Source: Nanobdellati archaeon
GTDB lineage: Archaea > B1Sed10-29 > JAGVWA01
Reading direction: 5' to 3'
Assembly: GCA_018304505.1 (NCBI GenBank)
Contig: JAGVWA010000001.1
Coordinates: 85,960 to 149,959, forward strand
DNA: 64,000 nt
Shown: one piece after another, positions 30,547 to 39,417 of the stretch
How the letters are laid out: each line of letters opens with the position of its first letter
Numbering within the stretch: position 1 is the stretch's first letter
Translations under genes and position numbers: made by a program
Notes under the pieces: model-generated
What the model was told of the DNA's origin: nothing
What the model saw: the letters and a program-made list of their open reading frames with translations, nothing else
Database searches by the model: none

Positions 30547-31239
30547 CTACAAGAGCTCTTCTTGCAGAAGCACTATGCCTTCTGGCGTTATGTGGAATGG
30601 ATAAATGTTCTTGCTGTGATCAGTGCCGCGCATTTTCAAGATCTCCAGGGCCCTGATGCGCTCGTTCTTCCGGGTAAAGTTGTACAGCACAATGACCCCG
30701 TCGGTAATAAACTCCTCAAGGCCGAACTCAATGCCGCCACGCTCCGAAAACGACCGCTCTGCAATTAATAAGGTTGTCACGTCCTGCTGCCCAAGGAACT
30801 CGAGCATGTTGAAAAGCCCGACCCTGAACTCGGTTTCGTTTTTGAAACACATGTGCATCAGGGACAGCGGGTCGATAACGATCCGCTTGACATTCTGTTG
30901 TAGTATCGTTGACTGCATCATATCCATCAGATTCTGGAAGTTGAACTTCTCCATTTTCAAGATGAACAAATCCTGGTTTTCAACAAGCTCCTTGAGATTC
31001 CAGCCAAAAGCCTGCCCCGTATCCTGGATTAAGCGCTCTGGCGTCTCTTCAAGGCTCAGGTAAGCGCCTTTTTGACCATGCTTTATAAAACCATTGTACA
31101 GGTACTGCATTCCAAACATGGTTTTTCCAGAGCCCGGGCCGCCCATCACGAGCACGTTGTGTTTCCTAGGTAAGCCCCCATTGAGCATTTCGTCAAGCCC
31201 TTCGATACCCGTCAAAACTTTTTCAAGCGCCTTCACCAT
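30547..31239 (-). CDS. KaiC-like (RecA superfamily) ATPase
   Basis: TGIEGLD, GGPGSGKT, SLEE, RIVID, KMRGT.H. Confidence 0.9.
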   Translation of the reverse strand: MVKALEKVLTGIEGLDEMLNGGLPRKHNVLVMGGPGSGKTMFGMQYLYNGFIKHGQKGAYLSLEETPERLIQDTGQAFGWNLKELVENQDLFILKMEKFNFQNLMDMMQSTILQQNVKRIVIDPLSLMHMCFKNETEFRVGLFNMLEFLGQQDVTTLLIAERSFSERGGIEFGLEEFITDGVIVLYNFTRKNERIRALEILKMRGTDHSKNIYPFHITPEGIVLLQEELL

Positions 31240-31404
31240 ACTTGACATAATGAACGCTTGATTAATAAAACCTACGCCATTGCCAAAAAATTTGGTCCAA
31301 AACCCCTGTTCATTTATAAAGCTTTATATATGAAGACGTTCAGAACCAATGTGGGGTTTATAAATACCCAGAACAGCCCTAATTTTCAACGAGGAGGTAA
31401 AAAA

Positions 31405-32379
31405 ATGGAGATTGATTTTAACATCGTGAACATCGTAGCATCAGCCAATCTAGACTGCGAACTCGACCTTTACAGCATCGCGCGCGAAGTAGACAACGTG
31501 GAATACGAACCAGAACAATTCCCCGGTGCAATACTGAAACTAAAGTCACCGAAGACCAGCCTGCTTTTGTTCAAAAACGGCAAACTAATATGCACAGGCG
31601 CAAGAAGCGAAGAAGACGTAGGAAAGGCTGTAAATCGGACCTTCGAGAAAATCAAGCACTGCGTCCGGGGCAAGGTTGCAGATAAACCAGACATACCATT
31701 CGAAATCGTGAACATCGTAGCTGCAGCCAACCTTGAAAAGGAACTTGACCTTTACGGCATCGCGCGCGAAGTAGACAACGTGGAATATGAACCAGAACAA
31801 TTCCCCGGTGCAATACTGAAACTAAAGAAACCGAAGACCAGCCTGCTTTTGTTCAAAAACGGCAAACTAATATGCACAGGCGCAAGAAGCGAAGAAGACG
31901 TAGGAAAAGCCCTGTCAGTAGCCGTGGAAGCCATAAAAGACAACATCAAGGGCAAGGCCAAGGAGAAGCCCAAGGAGGAGCGCAAGCTGACCCAGGTCTC
32001 CAAGACCAAACAAGAGATCATAACACCAACAATCACCTTTGAAGGCAAGAAGAAACCCAAGAGGAAGGTTGTTGCCGCGCTAAAAGAAGCGGTGGCAAAA
32101 CCAAAAGCAACGGCGGTAAAGCCAGTAGTAAGGGCAAAAGCCCCCAAGGCAAAACCAAAAGCAGTGGCAGCAGCAAAAACAAAAACAAAGGCACCGACAA
32201 AGAAACCAGCAATGAAGAAAAAAGCAGCCCCACGAAAAGCAAAGGCCACAAAGAAAGTGACGGCCAAAAAAACCCCCACGAAGAAAGCAGTAAAGAAAAA
32301 AACAGCAACATCAAGTGCAAAGAAAAAGCCACAGAAAAAGGGGGCACTTTCACGGCTGTTAAAAGCGGTCCGCGGCTGA
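31405..32379 (+). CDS. tbp: TATA-binding protein with Lys/Ala-rich C-terminal tail
   Basis: Two NIV....YEPEQFPG...LLFKNGKLICTGA repeats; GGAGG SD. Confidence 0.93.
   Translation: MEIDFNIVNIVASANLDCELDLYSIAREVDNVEYEPEQFPGAILKLKSPKTSLLLFKNGKLICTGARSEEDVGKAVNRTFEKIKHCVRGKVADKPDIPFEIVNIVAAANLEKELDLYGIAREVDNVEYEPEQFPGAILKLKKPKTSLLLFKNGKLICTGARSEEDVGKALSVAVEAIKDNIKGKAKEKPKEERKLTQVSKTKQEIITPTITFEGKKKPKRKVVAALKEAVAKPKATAVKPVVRAKAPKAKPKAVAAAKTKTKAPTKKPAMKKKAAPRKAKATKKVTAKKTPTKKAVKKKTATSSAKKKPQKKGALSRLLKAVRG
31423..31907 (+). repeat. near-identical ~200-bp direct repeat inside tbp (31423-31625 vs 31705-31907)
   Basis: Codon-by-codon comparison. Confidence 0.9.
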
Positions 32380-32391
32380 GCGGACAGCTCT

Positions 32392-33060
32392 TTATTTCTT
32401 ATCCTTTTTCTCGTTCTTCACAAACCGGAAGCCCCCTGGCCTGCGAATGGCCTCGAGGCGCTTCTTGTACTTTTTCTCCTCTTCTTCTGACTTCTTTATT
32501 TCCTGAAAAATCTGCTCAACATTAAATGCCAACAGAAGCAGCTCGTACACATTTCCAAGCTTGTCAGGCCGTGCCTTGTATCTAACGAATTCCTCCCTGA
32601 TGGCGTTGACTACGCTGCCAATAGTCGCTGTTTTTGGCATGAAGCCTATTATCCGCTCAAGTTCTTTGACCAACGCCTTTTTGTCATTCATGATCTCCTG
32701 CTTGGGGGCTATGTTCTGTACCGCCAGCATCGCAAACTGGTGGAGCTCTTCGATTGATACGTGCGCCGGCTCCTGCATTTGATACATGCCGGTGTAAAAG
32801 TCCTTTTCTGGCATGCTGCCAAAGATTTTTTTCGTCATCCTGCGGACATACAGCGCCTTGGATGAAAAATAAGTCGCCTCTGAATCAGAACCCTGCGCGC
32901 TGGCCTGAGCACTCATGTTTATGTAGTTGTCCGCGAGCATCGCAAAAGCGAAGTGCAAAACGTGGCGCTTCTCGACATCTTTGTAAACAATCAGGTTCTT
33001 TAGGTCCTCAGAATGCTTTTTCAAGTCTTCTATGAATTTATCAATAAGCGACGCATCCAT
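32392..33060 (-). CDS. hypothetical helical protein
   Basis: 222-aa ORF co-oriented with the upstream gene. Confidence 0.65.
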   Translation of the reverse strand: MDASLIDKFIEDLKKHSEDLKNLIVYKDVEKRHVLHFAFAMLADNYINMSAQASAQGSDSEATYFSSKALYVRRMTKKIFGSMPEKDFYTGMYQMQEPAHVSIEELHQFAMLAVQNIAPKQEIMNDKKALVKELERIIGFMPKTATIGSVVNAIREEFVRYKARPDKLGNVYELLLLAFNVEQIFQEIKKSEEEEKKYKKRLEAIRRPGGFRFVKNEKKDKK

Positions 33061-33107
33061 GGATATCTAAACTTACCAAGCAATTTAAAGATATCCATAA
33101 ACTGGAT

Positions 33108-33962
33108 TCAATTGGATCCGCTGGCGGACAGCTCGAACAGCTTCTTAAAATAGTCCAGCTGCTCCTTGCCCAATCCGAGCAGGGGCGCCAGCACCAGCTT
33201 GCCCGAACCGTTCTTGATTCTCGAATAGGTTTGCAGGTCAGATGCTCCAGAAACAAGCGTTCCTAGGCGCGTTTGCTTAACATCCGCAAGGTCACTGTAC
33301 CCATGTACATCGATCTTGTGGCCATTCATATAATTATTCACGGATGCCTCCAATGCCGGCTTGCGGTTTTTCGCATAAAACACGGGAAGTGCTCCGCGCT
33401 TCATCACCAAAAGCGCCGCCAGGGCATCATTCTCGTTGTCCAACAAAGCAGCAGCATGCTCTCCAGTGCCCATTGGCAGACCCCCTAGGCCCTTAAAGCT
33501 CTGCGTTGAAATGTAAGCCTTCCCTTTGTATATCTCGATCTTGATTTCAAATCCGGGGTTTTTCAAGTCGACCTTCGTATTGGTTAAGTCCTTAAGCGCC
33601 CCGCCGACGTGCCTTGATATTTCAGGCGACGTCATTTCCATTTCCTTTGAAAGCCGCTGCGTGTTCACTGCAAAGGTTTCCGCTTTACCCACATCTGATT
33701 CATATTGCATGCACGCCGCAGTAATGAGATCCAGGTTTGCCTCAACAACCGTGCATTGGGAATAGGTCGTCACGCCAAACACACGGCCAATGCTCTTCAA
33801 CGCAAGCTCATAATTTTCAACGTAAACCGCGATGCGCCAGTACAAGTTACTCACCTTGGCTTCCGGCAGTACCATACGCAGGTTCCTCGCCAGCTGCGAA
33901 ATGAATCTCTTTCTTACAGGCGGCGATTTTGTGAAGATTTCCCCGTGCCTTACAATTATCAT
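33108..33962 (-). CDS. ThiI-like THUMP protein with degenerate PP-loop
   Basis: IVRHGEIFTKS, FG, KVDLKNP, GLGGLPMGT, MKRG; SGGxDS replaced by DNEND. Confidence 0.8.
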   Translation of the reverse strand: MIIVRHGEIFTKSPPVRKRFISQLARNLRMVLPEAKVSNLYWRIAVYVENYELALKSIGRVFGVTTYSQCTVVEANLDLITAACMQYESDVGKAETFAVNTQRLSKEMEMTSPEISRHVGGALKDLTNTKVDLKNPGFEIKIEIYKGKAYISTQSFKGLGGLPMGTGEHAAALLDNENDALAALLVMKRGALPVFYAKNRKPALEASVNNYMNGHKIDVHGYSDLADVKQTRLGTLVSGASDLQTYSRIKNGSGKLVLAPLLGLGKEQLDYFKKLFELSASGSN

Positions 33963-34035
33963 GTTCAAAATATGATCTTTTTCGTTAAAAAGCGACATGG
34001 CAAGGTTTATAAAGCACATTATAGAAAAGATTTGC

Positions 34036-34764
34036 ATGAACTCATCCGCGGCAGAGGTATTGAGAGAAATAGAGCAAGGGGAACTAGCTAAGAAGACCAT
34101 CGATCTGTACATTGAAATGGCCCTCATGGGAACTGAAATAGAGCCTAGCCAAAACTTTGCCCACTGCCATGACGTGGCAATTAAGGCAGTGGAAGACGCA
34201 GTTAACGAAGGCAAGATCTATGACAGATATGCCTTGCAGAGAATCTATGCGGCCGGTTTCTTTCACAATTCACGATTTAATCCAGAAGAAATAGGCACAA
34301 AACTCAATGACAAATCAATAGCAGACATCATAAACAAAAAATCAAAACACTGGGAACACGTCGCGTTCGCAGACGCCCGCGAAGCCCTGAAGACTGACCG
34401 GATATTTTCTGTCGGCTTGTTTGAAAGAAAATACCTATGGCTCATTCCAGGCATGAGAACAACGATGCTGGAACGCGGTTTAGTCCATAAATTCAATCAA
34501 CTCCCAGAAAAACGACGGAAGCAATTGATGCCAAAGGTTGAGGAAAAAATCAGGAGCCAGGAAATCCAGAACCAAAAGGCCCTCGGACGAGACAAACAGG
34601 CCCTTGATCAGCTCGCAAAAGACGCGGTTAAAAGCCGCATACAACGGACGAGGGAAAAAATCAGGTACCTGCGTGAGATCCACCCTGATCTTGTCGAAAA
34701 ATATGGGAACGACTTTTCAGAAGACGCTGCAATACTCTTCATTAAAATGCCTGACACAAAATAA
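34036..34764 (+). CDS. hypothetical protein
   Basis: Long ORF with TATA upstream; no recognisable motif. Confidence 0.6.
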   Translation: MNSSAAEVLREIEQGELAKKTIDLYIEMALMGTEIEPSQNFAHCHDVAIKAVEDAVNEGKIYDRYALQRIYAAGFFHNSRFNPEEIGTKLNDKSIADIINKKSKHWEHVAFADAREALKTDRIFSVGLFERKYLWLIPGMRTTMLERGLVHKFNQLPEKRRKQLMPKVEEKIRSQEIQNQKALGRDKQALDQLAKDAVKSRIQRTREKIRYLREIHPDLVEKYGNDFSEDAAILFIKMPDTK

Positions 34765-34773
34765 GCCATTTTT

Positions 34774-35325
34774 TTATTTATCAAGAATCAGATACATGTA
34801 GCCATTTTCTTCAATGATTTTGCCATTGAATTCTTTATAAAACTCTCTCAACTCATCCTTAGACAGCCAGTCTTCATGATCATTTATCCCGTCTGCATCC
34901 AGAACGTGATTAAATCTTTCAAGGAACCCCCCAGTGTCGTAAGGCTCTACCGCTATCACACGTTTCTTGGCTATCCTATTTGCTTGCCCCATTAAATCGT
35001 ACTTCTTGGAGGGCATATGATGCAACGCGTCTATAATGACAACGGTATCTGCTTTTGGAATGTCTTTGTCGAGGACGTTCTTCAATATGACATTGAGGCC
35101 ACGTTTTTTCCCATCGCTAATGAATTTCTTGTTCAAGTCATACCCTCTATAGTCCTGGTTTTTCAAGTGGCTCGCGAGCTTCGCAGAGCCACAGGCCAGG
35201 TCTACAACTGAATTGCCCCTGACTTGTTGTGCTATGAAATCAAATCTTTTATTCCGTTCTTTGCCATGTATAATGTTTAAAATGAATTCATAGATCCAGG
35301 GAGAGGCATACAACGGGCTCTTCAT
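34774..35325 (-). CDS. class I SAM-dependent methyltransferase
   Basis: VVDLACGS, GYDLN, ALHH. Confidence 0.85.
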   Translation of the reverse strand: MKSPLYASPWIYEFILNIIHGKERNKRFDFIAQQVRGNSVVDLACGSAKLASHLKNQDYRGYDLNKKFISDGKKRGLNVILKNVLDKDIPKADTVVIIDALHHMPSKKYDLMGQANRIAKKRVIAVEPYDTGGFLERFNHVLDADGINDHEDWLSKDELREFYKEFNGKIIEENGYMYLILDK

Positions 35326-35489
35326 GAATAATACATGGCATCTGCATTTATAAAACAAACACCTACATTTATTTACACACCCATAATAATGCATTACAGG
35401 GATTCGAAAGTTTATGCAAAGATTTATATACCCCTTCCTTCAGAATTCGTATACTCAACAAAATTAACATAACAGAAGGTGAATTATAC

Positions 35490-35771
35490 ATGTGGGAAAA
35501 CAGAATATCCGGAAGGGTTATTGACGTAGGCGCACTATCGCATTCCGACAGCCATGAGGGGGGCGCTACTATCCTCTTAGCAGGGCTGAAAAGTATGCTA
35601 GCGATCGACCGTCAAAACTGGCAAAATCTCCAAGACCTAGTTCCGGGCGGGGGACGCGATAGTGCTATATGCGCACTGCACGACAAGGGTCCAGAGATAG
35701 AGAAAGCAGCATCTGACGACAGAACCGTTGTCCTGAATCCGTTTATCGCGAACATTGGAAAAGGGCAATAG
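35490..35771 (+). CDS. small orphan protein, MW-start group (MWENR...)
   Basis: AGGTGA SD and TATA upstream. Confidence 0.6.
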   Translation: MWENRISGRVIDVGALSHSDSHEGGATILLAGLKSMLAIDRQNWQNLQDLVPGGGRDSAICALHDKGPEIEKAASDDRTVVLNPFIANIGKGQ

Positions 35772-35788
35772 TTAATTTAAACATCAAC

Positions 35789-36175
35789 ATGCAAAAGAAG
35801 GGCATGCGCTATGCATTGCCCCCCCTTTTATTTCTAGCACTCGTCCTGATTAGCGGCTGCACTGCCCCAAACACGCAGGACATCGATTACAGCACCGTAA
35901 CGAGCAAGGCAACGCAGGCTAGTGGAGCAGCACAAGCTCCACGCGTGCTATACCTCAACGTCACGGGGCTATGGTGCGGCCAATGTGATGAGCGCGTAGA
36001 AAACTTAATAGCAGCAGCCCCCGGCATTGAATCAGTTGAGGTCACGATTACTGACCGAGAAAACGAACTCGGGGTGGCGCGCGTTGTTTACGACCCCTCG
36101 CTGATTATGAAAGAGCAAATCTCTGCACTGACAGAACCGTACTCTTCGAGCATTGTTTCTGACCGAGTTCTGTGA
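35789..36175 (+). CDS. HMA-domain lipoprotein (metal chaperone-like)
   Basis: Lipobox ISGC; VTGLWCGQC..V; YDP. Confidence 0.8.
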   Translation: MQKKGMRYALPPLLFLALVLISGCTAPNTQDIDYSTVTSKATQASGAAQAPRVLYLNVTGLWCGQCDERVENLIAAAPGIESVEVTITDRENELGVARVVYDPSLIMKEQISALTEPYSSSIVSDRVL

Positions 36176-36186
36176 CAAAACCAAGG

Positions 36187-36213
36187 TAAGTGAAAAGCGT
36201 CCCCACCGGGATT
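36187..36213 (-). repeat. tRNA-Arg 3'-end copy D (att-like)
   Basis: TAAGTGAAAAGCGTCCCCACCGGGATT. Confidence 0.85.
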
Positions 36214-36305
36214 TTCTCCGCAAACCAACGCGCGCTTAATAAATGCACAATAAATCAACAATAAACCTTATATACAATAAACACTGAATATACATTGGTG
36301 ATGCA

Positions 36306-36542
36306 ATGAATGTAGCTCTAGGAACCCCCTATGAAGTAATCATGACCAAGCTCATTGAAAGAGGCTATGCTGGAAACCAAACCGAGGTAATTAGACAAGC
36401 ACTCATGGCTTATGAACGCCAAGTAGACCAAGAGGAAGTTGAGCTCGTTAACAAGGCCATTGAACTCGACATGCAAGACATACGATCCAGCAAGGCGAAA
36501 ACATACAGCCTGGCAGAAGTAAAGAAAAAACTCAAACTGTGA
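36306..36542 (+). CDS. RHH antitoxin
   Basis: LIERGYAGNQTEVIRQAL; YSLAEVKKKL tail. Confidence 0.8.
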   Translation: MNVALGTPYEVIMTKLIERGYAGNQTEVIRQALMAYERQVDQEEVELVNKAIELDMQDIRSSKAKTYSLAEVKKKLKL

Positions 36543-36547
36543 TTTTC

Positions 36548-36808
36548 ATGGAAATTGAGTTTTCAGAGCTAGCACTAAAACAGCTAGGCAACATGGACAA
36601 ACATCTACAGACCTTATTTTACAAACACGCCGAGAAATTACAAAACTTGCCCCCGCGGCGGCACATGAAATTCGGCATGCCGTTCAACGTTGAAGAAGTG
36701 ACAAAACAAGCGCGCATGCTCTATGATATTGAAGAAAACACGATGTATATCACCCGGTGTTTCGCAACCCACAAGGACTATGAGAAATTTTTCACGTCCT
36801 ACAAGTGA
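36548..36808 (+). CDS. RelE/ParE-like toxin
   Basis: IEFSELALKQL...ARMLY......YITRCF..HKDYE. Confidence 0.75.
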   Translation: MEIEFSELALKQLGNMDKHLQTLFYKHAEKLQNLPPRRHMKFGMPFNVEEVTKQARMLYDIEENTMYITRCFATHKDYEKFFTSYK

Positions 36809-36812
36809 AAAA

Positions 36813-36833
36813 TAAGTGAAAAGCGTCCCCGCC
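36813..36833 (-). repeat. tRNA-Arg 3'-end copy C (att-like)
   Basis: TAAGTGAAAAGCGTCCCCGCC. Confidence 0.85.
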
Positions 36834-36837
36834 AAGT

Positions 36838-37074
36838 TTATGCTTTAGAGAAAAAAACCTGTTCTAAAATATCAGCTTGCTTTAAAATGCTCTTAAAGGT
36901 CTTCCGTGGCAACTGGCCCTTTTTGTCAGGCACAACCGCTGTTAACTTAACTTCACCCTAGAATTTAATAAGGCATACAGGGCTTCCCTTGCGCCGTATT
37001 GGTGAGAATCCGAAGTTGTTGCACAGAATCTTGAGAACGTCATGCCCTGACAACGGTTTTCGCTTCTGCGACAT
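36838..37074 (-). pseudogene. hicA: HicA toxin pseudogene
   Basis: LSGHDVLKIL..FGF...RRKGSP (His to Pro), TAG at codon 39, TAVVP, KSILKQA. Confidence 0.75.
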
Positions 37075-37306
37075 CGCTTCCCCCCTCCCGCGCAAGGTTT
37101 ACCTTGACCTTTATTGGGGGGTTTTCCTCATAGTATACTGAAAGTGCTTCTTCAAATGCCTTTACAGCTTCTTGTTTTGTATCGCCATAACTGCTGACGT
37201 GGGTCACGGGATCTGTCACTACCCAGACCGCACCTTCTTTCTCGATCTCGATTTTTCTCCTCTCAATCTTGTTGAATTGAATTTCAACAGTTTTTAGAGC
37301 CATCAT
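37040..37306 (-). CDS. hicB: HicB-like antitoxin
   Basis: VSSYGDTKQEAVKAFEEALSVYYE. Confidence 0.8.
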   Translation of the reverse strand: MMALKTVEIQFNKIERRKIEIEKEGAVWVVTDPVTHVSSYGDTKQEAVKAFEEALSVYYEENPPIKVKVNLAREGGSDVAEAKTVVRA

Positions 37307-37410
37307 ATTTATTGCCCCCCCTGCGTTAATAAACCTTGGCATAACTTATGACTGGCTTTGCTTATAACGATTTTGCCACAGGAGATAGTTTAAACTGGTT
37401 TAAACCAGAA

Positions 37411-37438
37411 TGAGTAAAAAGCGTCCCCGCCGGGATTC
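37411..37438 (-). repeat. tRNA-Arg 3'-end copy B (att-like)
   Basis: TGAGTAAAAAGCGTCCCCGCCGGGATTC. Confidence 0.88.
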
Positions 37439-37529
37439 CATTGATGATGTGAAATGACACCAACCTTTATATACGAGTTAATACAAAATAGTTATTAAGT
37501 AATATCAATTCATGGGGGGGTAATGTAAA

Positions 37530-37823
37530 ATGGCAGGGCACGGGCAAACCGTAATGATACAAAAGCAGATGGTGCACCCATCACCGACACTGAATACAGT
37601 AATAATGGTCGAAGAAACATTGAAGAACATGCCTGGAAGCGTTATGAAGGTATCAGATCTCAAACGGGCACTACCAAAAAAGGTTAACCACAACGCCCTT
37701 ATGGTGATTTTAGAATACTTAGACATAAGCAACAAAATCTACATCGGTGTAAAGGGTATCACCTGGCTAGGAGAACCAAATAAGAGGCTACAACGGGCCA
37801 TAGATACAGGTTTCGAACTATGA
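37530..37823 (+). CDS. wHTH-like putative antitoxin
   Basis: PTLNTVIMVE...LKRALPKKVNH..L..ILEYL..SNKI; ATGA overlap with the next gene. Confidence 0.65.
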   Translation: MAGHGQTVMIQKQMVHPSPTLNTVIMVEETLKNMPGSVMKVSDLKRALPKKVNHNALMVILEYLDISNKIYIGVKGITWLGEPNKRLQRAIDTGFEL

Positions 37824-38167
37824 AAACAACAAGGGTCGTTTTTTCAGATGAAGCAGAGGAAGTCTACAAATATCTAAATGTGCAGGCTAAGAAATCAAAA
37901 ATAGAAGCCAGCATCTTAAGGGCCATCAAAAACAAATCAGAACTCATAAAAGCTAATCCCCAATACGGCGAGACTATAGCTAAAAGCAAAATACCTGAAG
38001 ACTACAAAATCAAGTACGATGTTAAAAGCCTGTACTGGGTTCCCCTGCCAAATTTTTGGCGCATGTTTTACACGCTTTCCAAAAATGGAGAAATAGAAAT
38101 CATAGCCTTTGTTCTAGATTTTCTTGACCACAAACAGTACAATAAGAAATTTGGATACAAAAGTTAG
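37820..38167 (+). CDS. RelE-like putative toxin
   Basis: NPQYG..I, LP.FWRMFYT, DFLDHKQYNKKFGY. Confidence 0.65.
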   Translation: MKTTRVVFSDEAEEVYKYLNVQAKKSKIEASILRAIKNKSELIKANPQYGETIAKSKIPEDYKIKYDVKSLYWVPLPNFWRMFYTLSKNGEIEIIAFVLDFLDHKQYNKKFGYKS

Positions 38168-38175
38168 CAAAGAAG

Positions 38176-38399
38176 CGTCCCCGCCGGGATTCGAACCCGG
38201 GTCTCAGGCTCCGCAAGCCCATATTCTATTTGCCCTACAGTGCCTGGTTTGGAACAGCTCCATTGCGAAGCAATGGGGCGAATCTGCTTTTCTACAGCAA
38301 ATTAAAGATTTACTGAGAAATCGAAAAAGCTTTGCTTTTTCGTATTTCCCCAGGCTTTTGCAGTTGCAAAAGGCTGTATCCAGGCTATACTACGGGGAC
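38176..38399 (-). tRNA. tRNA-Arg(GCG) with 150-nt D-loop intron 38230-38379
   Basis: Acceptor GTCCCCG/CGGGGAC; BHB GCCT/GGGC with GG|A and AA|A bulges. Confidence 0.88.
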
Positions 38400-38482
38400 A
38401 CTTACATTGATTGTGATTTTTGAGTTAATAAAAACAATGGGCTGTGCAAAGCATTTTATAGCGCGGGGGCATAATTAAACTC

Positions 38483-38761
38483 ATGTGGAAAATTAACTTA
38501 ACAGATTTAGATCGCGATGCCTTGAGGGAATTTGAAAACACCTGCGGCGGCCTTAGGGCACGGCTTGTTGTGAGGCCATACATTCAACACGCAGCCAATG
38601 CGATGATCACCATAATGCAGGACGACTCAATCATTGCCGAAAAGCCGGACGCTGGGGCCATGGCGGGCATTACAAGAATTCACTACGGTCCTCATGAATT
38701 CAGAAGAGACAACAAATTCATAGAAACAAAAGACGGCTTTGTTGTCGGGCGCATAGTGTAA
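38483..38761 (+). CDS. small orphan protein, MW-start group (MWKIN...)
   Basis: TATA about 25 nt upstream (leaderless). Confidence 0.6.
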   Translation: MWKINLTDLDRDALREFENTCGGLRARLVVRPYIQHAANAMITIMQDDSIIAEKPDAGAMAGITRIHYGPHEFRRDNKFIETKDGFVVGRIV

Positions 38762-38786
38762 TTGATTAAAAAATGATTAATGAGCC

Positions 38787-39041
38787 TTACGAAATCAGTG
38801 ACACGCCAAGCGATTCCAAGTTCTTCACATGCGGAATGTTCCTGATCCGTTCTTCTGTTTCTTCCGGGTTGTCGTTCTTGTCGTCGAAGACAGCGCCGAC
38901 CTTTATGGCCCTTAAGCCGAATGCGAGGTCCTCAAACTCAATCGCCTTGACCTTATCGATATTTTTTAGCTCTTCAGCTATTTGGATTTCTTGTCCCGGT
39001 TCTTCCGGATAAACTCGATATAATGCCATTGCCATACCCAT
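38787..39041 (-). CDS. ef1b: elongation factor 1-beta
   Basis: RVYPE, AFGLRAI; conserved neighbourhood. Confidence 0.85.
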   Translation of the reverse strand: MGMAMALYRVYPEEPGQEIQIAEELKNIDKVKAIEFEDLAFGLRAIKVGAVFDDKNDNPEETEERIRNIPHVKNLESLGVSLIS

Positions 39042-39054
39042 TTATTCCACCTTT

Positions 39055-39210
39055 TTACGGACCTTCAAATCCGCATTCTTCGCACTTGTACTTAGTCACG
39101 GTCTGCCTGCACTTGATGCAGCGGTATATCGTGCTTTTTCCGCATGCGGGGCAAGGGAATTTGATATAGTCTGATGAAACTTCCTTATGGCAAGTCGAGC
39201 ATTTCAGCAT
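39055..39210 (-). CDS. small zinc-finger protein (DUF1610/HVO_2753-like)
   Basis: CSTC..FPCPACG..IYRCIKCR....YKCEECGFEGP. Confidence 0.88.
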   Translation of the reverse strand: MLKCSTCHKEVSSDYIKFPCPACGKSTIYRCIKCRQTVTKYKCEECGFEGP

Positions 39211-39225
39211 TTGTCATTCACCAAC

Positions 39226-39417
39226 TTAAAGCACTTCTTCCCCCGCGAGCTTCACGAGGTATCCTGCAGAGATGTTTCGTGAAATCTTTGACTGGAAAAT
39301 ACGGAGTTTGTTAAGCGAGTCCTTGTTTTTCTCAAAATCCGTAGAGAAGTCCTGCGGGAACATCTTGTACAGTTCCTCTGTTTTCCTTCTTAGAATCTTT
39401 GATCTCTGCTTACCCAA
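39226..39417 (-). CDS. rps17e: ribosomal protein eS17
   Basis: FSTDFEKNK, SKISRNISAGY. Confidence 0.9.
   Translation of the reverse strand: MGKQRSKILRRKTEELYKMFPQDFSTDFEKNKDSLNKLRIFQSKISRNISAGYLVKLAGEEVL

Noticed and set aside
35399-35408. GGGATTCGAA as a fifth tRNA-Arg att copy, which would make the MW gene plus HMA lipoprotein another cassette
   Set aside because: Only 10 nt and lacks the acceptor-stem part; it could be chance.
36187-38192. CRISPR array suggested by the recurring ~20-27 nt repeat
   Set aside because: Spacing is 600-750 bp, the units contain genes, the repeat is a tRNA 3' end, and there are no cas genes.
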